A DNA stretch of 64,000 nt from a virus (IMGVR_UViG_3300021960_000017), one strand, 5' to 3'. Counted from the first letter of the stretch, positions 1-9,887 are shown. Program-made: numbers and translations. The notes: generated from the sequence alone by a model not told the origin.

Positions 1-129
1 TGGGAACCAGATGTAAAAGATATTAATGCCGCAGTGGTACGATATGGCAAACTTTTTACTTTAAAATCCATTATTGATGCAAAACAAACCAATAGACTAA
101 AAATAAACTTAATGAGGAAAAAGTTATAA
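1..129 (+). CDS. 3' end of DNA primase (T4 gp61-like), partial
   Basis: Frame 1 reads WEPDVKDINAAVVRYGKLFTLKSII...KKL*; KDINxA resembles the Toprim C-terminal motif; one gene upstream of the helicase. Confidence 0.6.
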   Translation, partial: WEPDVKDINAAVVRYGKLFTLKSIIDAKQTNRLKINLMRKKL

Positions 130-962
130 TGGATATCTGGCTAGGGTTTCTGCCTGGAAGCGGTGCTACTAGTATAGAAATGCTTTTACGGTCTGACTGC
201 ACTAGTTTGGAAACATTACCTGTTGATGATTTTTGGGTTGAGGGGAAAGATTTTGTTACAGGGCATGGTAGTGGCAAACAATGGCATCCTTACACCTCCC
301 AAGAGTTATTTAATCCAAAATATAAAAAAGCTAAAGTTAATATTTTTACACCTATAATTCCTATGTCAGATCTCAAAGGTAAGGAAATTTTAGAACATAT
401 TTATATTCAACCAGGAATAAAATTTTATCTTGGACCATCATGTAAACGTAGTTGTGAATTTGCAGTAATAACAACACAAAAAGTACCTTCTTACCCTAAC
501 AACATTATAAATTTGGAGCATTCTGCTCAATGGAGTACTGGTAGTCTTGATAAATGGGAAATTAGGGAAGCAATAAGTCTAAACTTTATGCAATGGTTTG
601 TACCACAAATGATAGAACAATGGCAAATTGCTAGCAATCTTGGGTTTACTTGTATAGATACATTAGAACTGTTTAGTTGTTATCCAACAGTAGTAGATAG
701 CATAGTAAACCAAATTGGGTGTACTATTACTGATAATGAAATGTATAAGCAGCATGTTAATCACTGGTTTACGGGACAAGATAAAATATGGAATGATTGG
801 GACAGATATAATGAATATAAAAATGGTAAAGGAAAATTAACAGGAGATATTGTACATGAAGCAATGATCCAGTATAATTTAAGAGAACGTGGAATAGAAT
901 TAAAGTGTTATGGATTAAACGAGTTTCCAGACGCCCAGACATTAAAGGATTTTTATGAGTAG
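129..962 (+). CDS. hypothetical protein, possible divergent sulfotransferase-like P-loop fold
   Basis: 277 aa AT-rich ORF, TAATG-coupled to the primase; N-terminal FLPGSGATSIEMLL strand-loop-helix. Confidence 0.5.
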   Translation: MDIWLGFLPGSGATSIEMLLRSDCTSLETLPVDDFWVEGKDFVTGHGSGKQWHPYTSQELFNPKYKKAKVNIFTPIIPMSDLKGKEILEHIYIQPGIKFYLGPSCKRSCEFAVITTQKVPSYPNNIINLEHSAQWSTGSLDKWEIREAISLNFMQWFVPQMIEQWQIASNLGFTCIDTLELFSCYPTVVDSIVNQIGCTITDNEMYKQHVNHWFTGQDKIWNDWDRYNEYKNGKGKLTGDIVHEAMIQYNLRERGIELKCYGLNEFPDAQTLKDFYE

Positions 963-2352
963 AGAATACACACCAGATTTACAAAAACTGTTTTTAGAAA
1001 TGATGATGCAGGATGCACAGAATTATGTGCGAGTGCAGAACATTTTTAATCCAGAGAACTTTGACCGTAGTTTGCGTGATGCAGCAAAGTTTATTAAAGA
1101 GCATGCTACTAAGCATAGTACTATGCCTACATATGAACAGTTAAATGCAGTAACGCAGGTAGATGCAAAGCCTATTCCAGAGATGGCAGAAGGGCACAAC
1201 GATTGGTTCCTGGAAGAGTTTGAATCATTTACTAAACGGCAGGAACTGGAACGTGCTATTCTTAAAGCAGCAGACTTATTGGAAAAAGGAACATATGATC
1301 CCGTAGAAAAACTAATCAAAGATGCAGTGCAGATCAGTCTAACCAAGGACATGGGCACAGACTATTTTGAAGATCCTCGCAGCAGACTTATGAAGTTAAA
1401 AGACAACAATGGCCAAGTAAGCACAGGTTGGCCTGCGCTGGATCGCAAATTGTTTGGTGGCATGAACAAAGGTGAGTTGAACATTTTTGCAGGTGGTAGT
1501 GGTAGTGGTAAGAGTTTGTTTATGCAGAACTTGGCTGTTAACTGGGCAACGGCAGGACTCAATGGTGTATATTTGACACTGGAACTTAGTGAAGAACTGA
1601 GTGCAATGCGTATTGATAGTATGCTCACAAACATTGCCAGTAAAGAGATATTCAAGGATCTTGACACAGTAGAGATGAAAGTCAAGATGGTTAGCAAAAA
1701 AGCAGGCAACTTGCAGATTAAATATTTGCCAGCACAGAGCACAGTTAATGATGTTAGAGCATACTTAAAAGAACTTGAGATTACAAAGAACATGCGTATT
1801 GACTTCCTGCTTATTGATTATCTGGACTTGTTGATGCCAGTTAGTGCAAAGGTAAGTCCCAATGATTTGTTTGTTAAAGACAAGTATGTGAGTGAAGAAC
1901 TACGCAACTTGGCTAGAGAACTTAACACAATCTTTGTAACAGCATCGCAGTTGAACAGAAGTGCAGTTGAAGAGATTGAGTTTGATCACAGCCATATTAG
2001 TGGTGGTATCAGTAAGATTAATACAGCAGACAATGTGTTTGGTATCTTTACGAGTAGAGCAATGCGTGAGCGTGGACGCTATCAGATACAGTTAATGAAA
2101 ACTAGAAGTTCAAGCGGTGTTGGCCAAAAGGTAGACCTGGAGTTTGACATTGAAAGTTTGCGTATTAGAGACCTTGGCGAAGATGAAGACTATCAGAACT
2201 TTAAGAAGCAAAGCAGTTCAATCTACGAGCAACTAAAGAACGGAGACAAAACTCCTGAAGCTGAGGGCGATGCTGAAGTAAGTAAGATTACAGCAAATGT
2301 GCAGAGCAGTAAACTTAAAGACATGTTAGCAAGTTTAAAGCAAAGTGACTAA
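955..2352 (+). CDS. replicative DNA helicase, DnaB/T4 gp41-like
   Basis: Walker A GGSGSGKS, Walker B LLIDYLDL, TASQLNR, MKTRSS motifs. Confidence 0.93.
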   Translation: MSREYTPDLQKLFLEMMMQDAQNYVRVQNIFNPENFDRSLRDAAKFIKEHATKHSTMPTYEQLNAVTQVDAKPIPEMAEGHNDWFLEEFESFTKRQELERAILKAADLLEKGTYDPVEKLIKDAVQISLTKDMGTDYFEDPRSRLMKLKDNNGQVSTGWPALDRKLFGGMNKGELNIFAGGSGSGKSLFMQNLAVNWATAGLNGVYLTLELSEELSAMRIDSMLTNIASKEIFKDLDTVEMKVKMVSKKAGNLQIKYLPAQSTVNDVRAYLKELEITKNMRIDFLLIDYLDLLMPVSAKVSPNDLFVKDKYVSEELRNLARELNTIFVTASQLNRSAVEEIEFDHSHISGGISKINTADNVFGIFTSRAMRERGRYQIQLMKTRSSSGVGQKVDLEFDIESLRIRDLGEDEDYQNFKKQSSSIYEQLKNGDKTPEAEGDAEVSKITANVQSSKLKDMLASLKQSD

Positions 2353-2878
2353 AATACACACATTTAGTGATGGATTCGGTGCTGGTCATGCTTTTCCTAT
2401 GTGGCCCCAGATGATTGCTGCAAGTGGGTTTGATGTAGTTAATTATAGTGAAGTTAGCATTAGCGTTCCTGAACTACTGGATTTGTTTTATAAATCTTAT
2501 AACTTTTATGATAGATTTTTAGTACAACTTCCTGAGTTTGGTAGAATAATTGGTGTTAGGATGCCAGCACAGACAGATAGAAATCTTCATACCAGGGATC
2601 AAAATCTTCTAACGGATTTAAAAAATAAAAACTTTCGTAATGTAACCATACTACATGTGCCAGAAATGGATAAGTGGAGTAGGCAATTTTCTGACAGAGG
2701 AGAAGAACCTCAACCTCAGCCAGTGGTTCATGCTAGATGGTTGACGCAAAACTTTCCTGATTTAATTAGCCCAAACATATACTATACTATAGAAAAATTT
2801 GGCAAGTGGGAACCCTATTACTGGGATAGAGAACAACAATGGAAAGACTTAATAAATGAAGCTAGTTTGTTTCAGTAA
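2345..2878 (+). CDS. hypothetical protein (SGNH-like N-terminus)
   Basis: 177 aa, GTG start overlapping the helicase stop; TFSDGF..G...WP resembles the SGNH block I variant. Confidence 0.4.
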   Translation: MTKIHTFSDGFGAGHAFPMWPQMIAASGFDVVNYSEVSISVPELLDLFYKSYNFYDRFLVQLPEFGRIIGVRMPAQTDRNLHTRDQNLLTDLKNKNFRNVTILHVPEMDKWSRQFSDRGEEPQPQPVVHARWLTQNFPDLISPNIYYTIEKFGKWEPYYWDREQQWKDLINEASLFQ

Positions 2879-3491
2879 TAACACCGGTGGCGGATTAATT
2901 TGTGATTTACTAAATCATAAGCACACTTGGTCTGATAGTTATAAAATTTCAAATATAGAACATAATGTTTTTAAACAAACTGATACTCCGACTATATCTA
3001 CTAAGATATCAGACCTTGACATGTGGAATAAAGTTTCAAAAAAATATAAAAACTCTAACCAATGGTACGGAACACATGTTCATCCTAGTGCTATTCCCAA
3101 TCTAAATGACTTTGAAGAAGTATTAATTATAACAACTACTGGTCGTGACAGTAAATTATATAGATGGTTAAGGTATTACTACGGGTGGTTTTATAGTGTT
3201 GAACCCAATTGGATTGAAGATGATAACTTAGAACACATTGACAAAATTAGAGAAATGGCAAAAAATGTATTCATTGAATTCTCAGGATGGAAAGATTATC
3301 CATGTGTTGAGTTTTCAGATATAGTGTCTGGAAAATTTGTAACTGAGAGAAATCTCAATGTTGAAAGATTCAATGATTGGCAATCTAAAAATCAGTTTTT
3401 GTTTAATAGCTCTATTAACAAATGGGGTGTTTTAAGATTTGATGAAGCAGAATATGAAATAACTACTGGGCTAGCATACAAGTATCATTAA
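2856..3491 (+). CDS. hypothetical protein, possible sulfotransferase-like
   Basis: 211 aa; N-terminal CFSNNTGGGLICDLLN. Confidence 0.45.
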   Translation: MKLVCFSNNTGGGLICDLLNHKHTWSDSYKISNIEHNVFKQTDTPTISTKISDLDMWNKVSKKYKNSNQWYGTHVHPSAIPNLNDFEEVLIITTTGRDSKLYRWLRYYYGWFYSVEPNWIEDDNLEHIDKIREMAKNVFIEFSGWKDYPCVEFSDIVSGKFVTERNLNVERFNDWQSKNQFLFNSSINKWGVLRFDEAEYEITTGLAYKYH

Positions 3492-5181
3492 GATACTTGT
3501 CTAGTCTATAGCCCTTTGCTTCCCAACAGTCAATATAGCGTGTGCCGTTAGTCATTCGTATCTTGCCTGATCCTACAATAACATCGTGGTCTCTGTAGCC
3601 AAAGGGCTTCTTAATAGTTACGTCTACATATTCACTGTTGCCTACACCTAGCGTAACAAATGTAACATATCTTCCTTGCTCCCCCTTGAATACACGGCCG
3701 TTTGCTACTAGTCCTGCAAAGTTTACACGGTCCAGATAGGTTTCTTGTACAAACATATTGGGCATAAACTCTGGCTGTGACCAATAGCCATTGCGTTTGT
3801 ATTGTGTTACGGGAGATTCACATACACCGTTTTCGTATCCTAGTTCACGCAGGTCCCAGCCTGCTGTTTTTGCTTCCTGTTTGTGCACCCAGCGTTTATA
3901 TGATCCCTGGCAATGTTTGAGTGCTGCTTGCCAGAACTTCATAGGATTGTGTGCTTTTTGATATGCCAGTGCCCAGATAAGTCTGCCCAGGTTTACAGCA
4001 TGAGCACGACATAAACCAAAGTTGCCCAGCCCATATAACTCTTGTATAATTGCTTCCTTGTCATCATGCTCGCCCATGCGAGTCATAAACTCCATTACAC
4101 GCTCTTCATCTTTTTTAGCAAATGCCCGTCTGTACATGTCTGCTTCATACAAGTCACAACCTATGAGTTTGGCTATTTTGCGTATAGCATCGTCTTCATA
4201 TACAATAGTGTCCTCCAGTCTGTTCTCTGTCCAGTCCTGGAAAAAACTTGCCTTTTGTCTGCCAGTGGTTGCAACAGGGCGTATAAGTGCTGTAGCAAAT
4301 ACACAGTCTGCTTTTGATTGAGGTTGTATTGCACGGAATAGGCGGCGCATTGCAGGGGACTCCGCTTGTGTTACACCAATTACATCGCCTCTGCATAGCA
4401 GTTGACTTGTCTCAAAGTCTTGTTCTGGATATGCTTCCAGTGGTGTGTCAGGGTCTATTTCTATAAGTTGGCTTAGTCCACGGTTAGCCAGTATGTCTAT
4501 TTTAAGGTGCTCTAGATCTTCTACTTCACGTTTGTCTAATAATATTTGATTGTCTTTGTTGAATAAACTCTTGGGTAGTTTTCTTTCAAATACAAGAACA
4601 CCACCACAGTGTTTGCTGATACTACGTTTTTTGCCTATTAGTTTTCTTTCTATTCTCATGGCCTCTTCCTTGTCAATGTCTAAATCTTCATAACGAAAAT
4701 TGCGAGGAAGTCTACCAGACGCACCTAGACGGCGTGCCGCTTCTCTACGTGCACTGCGCTCCTTGTATAGCACATAGTTACTGATTCTTGCTGAACGTTC
4801 TGGCCAATTTGCAAAGATACGTTGCATGACAGTGTCCTGTTGCCAATGCGGAAAGTCTATGTCTACGTCTGGTAGATCATCCCTCAGTGGATTTAAGAAA
4901 CGTGCAACCGGTATTTGCCACCTTATGGGATCAACGTCTGTTATTCCTAGAAGATAACAGACAAGACTAGACCCTGCCGAACCCCGAGTCATATGTGTAA
5001 TGTCCTCGGTCAGAGCTAATACGTCACAAATTGTTAGGAAATAATCAGTAAAGCGAAGTTTGAGTATAATCTCAAGTTCTTCGACTAGTCTATCGTGGTA
5101 CTCTTGAGCCTCTGGTATGTGCCTTACAAACCTGCCAAGTAGCCTATCTAATTGAGCCTTCGCGTCTTTTGGTAATTTCAT
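3463..5181 (-). CDS. dnaE: minimal family C DNA polymerase (DnaE-like) lacking the PHP domain
   Basis: RGSAGSSLVCYLLGITDVDP, PDVDIDF, KHCGGVLV, KIDIL palm motifs, C-terminal OB-like region; only 572 aa. Confidence 0.88.
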   Translation of the reverse strand: MKLPKDAKAQLDRLLGRFVRHIPEAQEYHDRLVEELEIILKLRFTDYFLTICDVLALTEDITHMTRGSAGSSLVCYLLGITDVDPIRWQIPVARFLNPLRDDLPDVDIDFPHWQQDTVMQRIFANWPERSARISNYVLYKERSARREAARRLGASGRLPRNFRYEDLDIDKEEAMRIERKLIGKKRSISKHCGGVLVFERKLPKSLFNKDNQILLDKREVEDLEHLKIDILANRGLSQLIEIDPDTPLEAYPEQDFETSQLLCRGDVIGVTQAESPAMRRLFRAIQPQSKADCVFATALIRPVATTGRQKASFFQDWTENRLEDTIVYEDDAIRKIAKLIGCDLYEADMYRRAFAKKDEERVMEFMTRMGEHDDKEAIIQELYGLGNFGLCRAHAVNLGRLIWALAYQKAHNPMKFWQAALKHCQGSYKRWVHKQEAKTAGWDLRELGYENGVCESPVTQYKRNGYWSQPEFMPNMFVQETYLDRVNFAGLVANGRVFKGEQGRYVTFVTLGVGNSEYVDVTIKKPFGYRDHDVIVGSGKIRMTNGTRYIDCWEAKGYRLDKYLNDTCMLAQ

Positions 5182-5258
5182 TGCCTTTGTTTGCCTAAAT
5201 GCCTAAAGTTTTCGTTTTTTGCCTAAGTCATTACTGAGTAATGACGTTTTTATTTAGC
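5182..5258 (-). promoter_or_regulatory. late promoter plus hairpin plus AGGCA repeat leader of dnaE
   Basis: Minus strand: GCTAAATA, then GTCATTAC-TCA-GTAATGAC inverted repeat (5227-5245), then TTAGGCA x3 and AAGGCA directly before the ATG. Confidence 0.65.
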
Positions 5259-5289
5259 AATCAAGGCCAACAAATTTAATTTTTTTGAT

Positions 5290-5598
5290 TTATAATAGTT
5301 TCTTTTTTAGGATTTGGCGCACATCGTCATCTGAAAACTTAATATGCCAAGTGCCATTAAATGTTACATAATCAACATTTGTCAAATATGCATAGTCTTT
5401 ATTATCTGTTGTCATGGTACTGTATTGAAACAGTTCAGATAATATTAAATCTTTATACCTGATAGTGTTTATTTTGATATAACTATCAGAGTGTGTTCTA
5501 TAATTTTTTCCGTAAAAATGTAATTTTACTTCAGTAGGTGATATTTCTTCACGCTTTATATAAAATGGACCTATAGTTTCAAATTCAAATTCTATCAT
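5290..5598 (-). CDS. hypothetical protein
   Basis: 102 aa ORF coupled to the upstream gene. Confidence 0.55.
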   Translation of the reverse strand: MIEFEFETIGPFYIKREEISPTEVKLHFYGKNYRTHSDSYIKINTIRYKDLILSELFQYSTMTTDNKDYAYLTNVDYVTFNGTWHIKFSDDDVRQILKKKLL

Positions 5599-6236
5599 TT
5601 ATATCTCGTTAATATTAAAACACTTCTGCGAGGATACTTACCACTAAAGTTTGCACTTACGTGAAAACGGTTTCTAGGCCAAGTCATTGCTGTACCCAAA
5701 GTCCAATGATGTATAAAGTCTACAGTAAACCCTGATAATTTATTATAGTCTAAATGTGTAAGGTACGTGTAATCAGTTTTGTCAAATGGTGTGTTGTCTA
5801 GACCGTATTCTTCTCTAGTAGTTTGTTTATAAGTAGTAACACCTTTATTTCCTAAACCTGTTTCAGCATTAAACGAAACAGCTCGGTCACTGCTTTGATC
5901 AAAAATCAGTGTATAATAGGATTCCTCATCTACGTGCGTTAACGGAATAAGATAACTAGTAGCTATATTGTCATTTTTGTCATGTTCAATATAGCCATCA
6001 CTATGTACGCCACCTGCACCATAATCACTATTGATATTTACAGTAGTAATAACTTCATTATCAGGTAGTTTCGCTTGCAGTTGTTCAAGTTTATGAGCAA
6101 AAAAAGGCTGTGCATAGTGGCACATTGTTTGATAACGAAGGCCGTTGTTACGACTTAACTCTTTAGGAAGCACTGAGTCGTACCATAAAAACCATTCGCA
6201 TTCTTCTTGGGTAAAAAAGTTGGGTATCTGTTTCAT
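5595..6236 (-). CDS. 2OG-Fe(II) oxygenase-like protein
   Basis: HSD...H...R pattern (GVHSDG, RFHVS, RRSVL). Confidence 0.55.
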   Translation of the reverse strand: MKQIPNFFTQEECEWFLWYDSVLPKELSRNNGLRYQTMCHYAQPFFAHKLEQLQAKLPDNEVITTVNINSDYGAGGVHSDGYIEHDKNDNIATSYLIPLTHVDEESYYTLIFDQSSDRAVSFNAETGLGNKGVTTYKQTTREEYGLDNTPFDKTDYTYLTHLDYNKLSGFTVDFIHHWTLGTAMTWPRNRFHVSANFSGKYPRRSVLILTRYK

Positions 6237-6850
6237 ATTGATTTAAGTTTATTACTGACCATATCAAATACTAAAGCGTTGCCTTGTGTAGACAAATGAT
6301 TGATAAGTCCAGGATATTTTTTTTGTATTTTAACTAAGTTGATTGCATGATCTTCGGTTATAAATTGTGGATCTACGTTTAGATTATTTACTACAACGCA
6401 AGGTACTGCGCCAATCTTAAGATTAATTTCTTTGCGGAGCAGCCTGTAAATATTATTTTGATACTGTTCATCAAAATGATAAAAGAAAAAGTTTCTTGCA
6501 GTTCTTAATGCAGTATTAAATGGATTCAGAAGATTCCACCATCTTGTGTAATGATACTCAATATCAGCTAACATTAAGTCTGCATTATGGTGTAGTTTAT
6601 CACTATAGTGTACTGGATGTTTTTTTGTATTAACTCTCAATGGCGAAGTGTGGCTAACAATAACACAATCGTAGTCGCTGATATTTTTAACAGATTCAAT
6701 TTGTTGTAGGATTTTATATTCACCAACGCCAGCTTGTGCAAGATTTGTAACTGTGTGTTGTTTAGCTATCAGATTTGGCCAGCCTGAATCATCGTTATAC
6801 TTTACCGACCAATCAGCCGCATAACTATCACCTATGATAAGTATTTTCAT
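6233..6850 (-). CDS. SGNH/GDSL hydrolase-like protein
   Basis: ILIIGDSY block I, NLAQAGVG block II, C-terminal NHL. Confidence 0.65.
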   Translation of the reverse strand: MKILIIGDSYAADWSVKYNDDSGWPNLIAKQHTVTNLAQAGVGEYKILQQIESVKNISDYDCVIVSHTSPLRVNTKKHPVHYSDKLHHNADLMLADIEYHYTRWWNLLNPFNTALRTARNFFFYHFDEQYQNNIYRLLRKEINLKIGAVPCVVVNNLNVDPQFITEDHAINLVKIQKKYPGLINHLSTQGNALVFDMVSNKLKSI

Positions 6851-6859
6851 TATTATAAT

Positions 6860-6887
6860 AATATAACGGATGCCAATATTAAGTCAA
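6860..6887 (-). promoter_or_regulatory. sigma70-like promoter
   Basis: Minus strand TTGACT-N16-TATATT upstream of the 6850 start. Confidence 0.55.
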
Positions 6888-6888
6888 C

Positions 6889-7662
6889 TTATATCTGAAG
6901 AGTTTCCATTCCTCTAGCATATTTCTCAAGATGTTTAACATATTCAACCATACTATGGTCACCGAAGTTATCAATCTTACCTGCTAGTAGACCTCTCCAC
7001 ATGCCGCGGAATCTGTCCTTAACCATCTGGAAACCAGTTGGGTTACGAACATTACCCCAGGTGTTTAAGTAGTGCTGCTCGCCATGGTGTCTATAACCCA
7101 TAATTCTCAACGGTACACGAGTAACAATGTCGTTATTGTTTACCCAGCGATGGTGTGTAACTGCCAAACTATCTACATATTTTTTCCAACCTACTCTAGG
7201 TGACCCATATGTGTATAGTTCTTCTACTGCTGGAATACCTTCGTATAAGTGACAGCGGCTAGCCATAATAGTTGCCATTGCTGCACCTAAACTGTGGCCG
7301 CAAAACCATAGTTTTTGTTTTGTTTTCTGAATATCTTCAAGCACCATTGGCCAAAGTTCGTCTACCTCTGCTTTGAAGCCACGGTGTACACGGCTAACTG
7401 TCTCTGCTACAACTGGCATTGCCTGTAAGTCTGCTTTAATGTCGTTAAGTTCTGTTGGCTGTGTGCCTCTGCATGCAATAACACAATCGTCTTTGTTTTG
7501 AAAACGATATGCCTGTGCGCCATCTCTGTTATAAAATTTTGTTGTTGTAAATCCTAGAACTTTTGCAGCGGCTTTGGCGCCTTTCTCGTCTAGATATGCT
7601 ATTTGTGCAAGTTTTGCAAATAAAAGGCTTCTTTCTTGAAAATTCTGCTCAGTGATAGACAT
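6889..7662 (-). CDS. class 3 lipase family protein
   Basis: IACRGT, VHRGF, GHSLG nucleophile elbow, TYGSPRVG, NNNDIVTRVP. Confidence 0.88.
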   Translation of the reverse strand: MSITEQNFQERSLLFAKLAQIAYLDEKGAKAAAKVLGFTTTKFYNRDGAQAYRFQNKDDCVIACRGTQPTELNDIKADLQAMPVVAETVSRVHRGFKAEVDELWPMVLEDIQKTKQKLWFCGHSLGAAMATIMASRCHLYEGIPAVEELYTYGSPRVGWKKYVDSLAVTHHRWVNNNDIVTRVPLRIMGYRHHGEQHYLNTWGNVRNPTGFQMVKDRFRGMWRGLLAGKIDNFGDHSMVEYVKHLEKYARGMETLQI

Positions 7663-7687
7663 TGCTCTTCTCCCTTTGTTATAATAA

Positions 7688-7702
7688 TATTTAACATAAA
7701 TA
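7688..7702. promoter_or_regulatory. back-to-back T4-like late promoters
   Basis: TAAATA on the minus strand (7688-7693) and on the plus strand (7697-7702) between divergent genes. Confidence 0.6.
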
Positions 7703-7723
7703 CATGAAAATAGGCGTAGTAGA

Positions 7724-7978
7724 ATGAAAAAGCATACCCGCAGTATATTGCAGGAGCTCAGTTTAGCAGCTCATAAGAAAGATCGTCAGCATCTTATTGA
7801 AACTCGCGGCGAGAATATTATTGAAAGTGCAATTAATATTATTGAAGAAATCTATAGAAACTACGACGCTGAAACTGCCGGCGATCTTGAGCGCAGATTT
7901 ATTAACAGTATTCGCAATCGTGACACCAAGCGTTTTATAGTGGGCATGAAGCGAGCAGACACAGATGAAAATAAATGA
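7724..7978 (+). CDS. hypothetical phage protein
   Basis: 84 aa ORF after a late promoter. Confidence 0.6.
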   Translation: MKKHTRSILQELSLAAHKKDRQHLIETRGENIIESAINIIEEIYRNYDAETAGDLERRFINSIRNRDTKRFIVGMKRADTDENK

Positions 7979-9212
7979 AGTAGCATTCACTCAAGCATGG
8001 TATCTTGTTGAGGGTAAAGAGGGCAAGAATGTCCACTTAACTCATCTAGAAGACCTAGTGTTTGATGAAGGCTATGCTGGTGCACAAAAAGCTCTACAGT
8101 ATGTAAACGGTGTGCGTGACATGCTAGCACAGGGTGGCGGCAAGCAGAAAGTAACAGTAAAATGGGACGGTGCACCTGCTATATTTGCTGGCACAGATCC
8201 GGCAGATGGTAAGTTTTTTGTTGGCACCAAGAGCGTGTTTGCTCAGTCTCCTAAATTAGTTAAAGACAAAGCAAGTTTAGACGAGTATTATGCTGGTACA
8301 GCATTACACGATATACTGGGACAAAGTTTTACCTATTTAAAAAAGTTAGGCATACAGGGTGTGCTACAGGGCGACCTATTGTTTAGCCCACTAAGGCCTC
8401 CTGAAACATCTGAAATAGATGGTGAAAGTTATATTACTTTTAGACCTAACACAATTACATATGCTGTAAAAGATGGAACAGACTTAGCAAATCGTATTAA
8501 ACGTGCTAAACTAGGTGTAGTATTCCATACAACATACTCAGGCCCTAGTGTAGCAGACATGCAGGCAGAGTTTGGTGCTGATGTAAGCAGTTTAAAAGGC
8601 AGCTCAGATGTTTGGGTTGAGGATGCTTACTACAAAGATTATACTGGCACAGCCACACTAACTGATGCTGAAAATAAGGAAATGCTAGCCAAGGTACAGG
8701 GTATTAGCAACCAACTTAAAAAGACAGATCCTGCTACTTTTGACAAGTTCTTAAATGAACCTGACATAAGTGCTATGCTTAATATTTTTATGAACAGCCG
8801 AGTGCGTAGCGGTGAAATGGTAGGCGATCCTAAAGCATTTATAAATGGATTCCTTCAATTTTATAAAGACCGTATGCAAAAAGAAGTAGAGAAACTAAAA
8901 GGTGGCGCAGATTCACCAGCAGGCCAACGTCGCATGGAAAAGATAAATGCCATGAACGACTTTGTTAAAGATAACTTCAGTACACTTGTTAGTATGCTTG
9001 ACATTTATAGACAATTAATTGGTGCTAAACTATCCCTAATAAGCAAACTAAATACGGTAGAGGGTATTGGTACTTTCCTTAAAACTGATACTGGTTATAA
9101 GGTTACTAATCCTGAAGGCTATGTGGCAATAGGCCATGAAGGTGGTGCAGTTAAATTCAACGATAGATTGGAATTTAACCGTGCTAACTTTATGCTTGCC
9201 AAGGAATGGTAA
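7965..9212 (+). CDS. conserved T4-like phage protein (DUF6267-like)
   Basis: KNVHLTHLED, VTVKWDGAPA, GKFFVGTKSVF, PEGYV, KFNDRLEF motifs. Confidence 0.65.
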   Translation: MKINEVAFTQAWYLVEGKEGKNVHLTHLEDLVFDEGYAGAQKALQYVNGVRDMLAQGGGKQKVTVKWDGAPAIFAGTDPADGKFFVGTKSVFAQSPKLVKDKASLDEYYAGTALHDILGQSFTYLKKLGIQGVLQGDLLFSPLRPPETSEIDGESYITFRPNTITYAVKDGTDLANRIKRAKLGVVFHTTYSGPSVADMQAEFGADVSSLKGSSDVWVEDAYYKDYTGTATLTDAENKEMLAKVQGISNQLKKTDPATFDKFLNEPDISAMLNIFMNSRVRSGEMVGDPKAFINGFLQFYKDRMQKEVEKLKGGADSPAGQRRMEKINAMNDFVKDNFSTLVSMLDIYRQLIGAKLSLISKLNTVEGIGTFLKTDTGYKVTNPEGYVAIGHEGGAVKFNDRLEFNRANFMLAKEW

Positions 9213-9887
9213 ATGTTTGAATTTTTAAAAGAAGAATTAACAGAAGCAAAGTATATTAGATCTCCTCGCGACACAGTAGGCCGTAGTGATCAAGGTATTG
9301 CTGAAAGTTTCTTTGAACATTTATTAGTTCTACAACAAATGCGTTTTGAAAATCCAGCATATGCTCAGAAGTATGCTAGTGATACGTTACGCTACATGAG
9401 CTTTAACAATGTTAGAACTGGCGCAACTGATTTGCACAATCTAGCAAGCATACTTAATAATCCAACTAGATTTGCAGACAAAATGGGCACAAGTGGCTTA
9501 CAATTTGACGAACTAGGATTTAAACGCTACCTTCGCAATATTAAAGATGGCAAATATATGCCCGCTCAAGACCGTGCATTCTTTTATAAAATGCAAAAAA
9601 ATCTAGGCATAAAAAATGGTCTACTCAACCAGGCAAGACGCATGATGAGTGATTATACTGCGGCTAGTGGCAGTGAGCGTACTAATGTAAGTGCTAGAAT
9701 GGTAAATGCATTTAGACAAGATGGCCAATATCGCAGTGATATGTTTAGTCCATATGCTAAAACAATTAAAAACAATAAACTACTTCCTGACACAGAAAAG
9801 CCAGGAATGAGTTTGGCTGCAAAGACTGCTATTGCTACTGTAGGCGGTTTTGCTGCTGGATATGCAATTTCTAGAGCTCTAGACTAA
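9213..9887 (+). CDS. hypothetical (probably virion) protein
   Basis: 224 aa, late operon context. Confidence 0.6.
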   Translation: MFEFLKEELTEAKYIRSPRDTVGRSDQGIAESFFEHLLVLQQMRFENPAYAQKYASDTLRYMSFNNVRTGATDLHNLASILNNPTRFADKMGTSGLQFDELGFKRYLRNIKDGKYMPAQDRAFFYKMQKNLGIKNGLLNQARRMMSDYTAASGSERTNVSARMVNAFRQDGQYRSDMFSPYAKTIKNNKLLPDTEKPGMSLAAKTAIATVGGFAAGYAISRALD

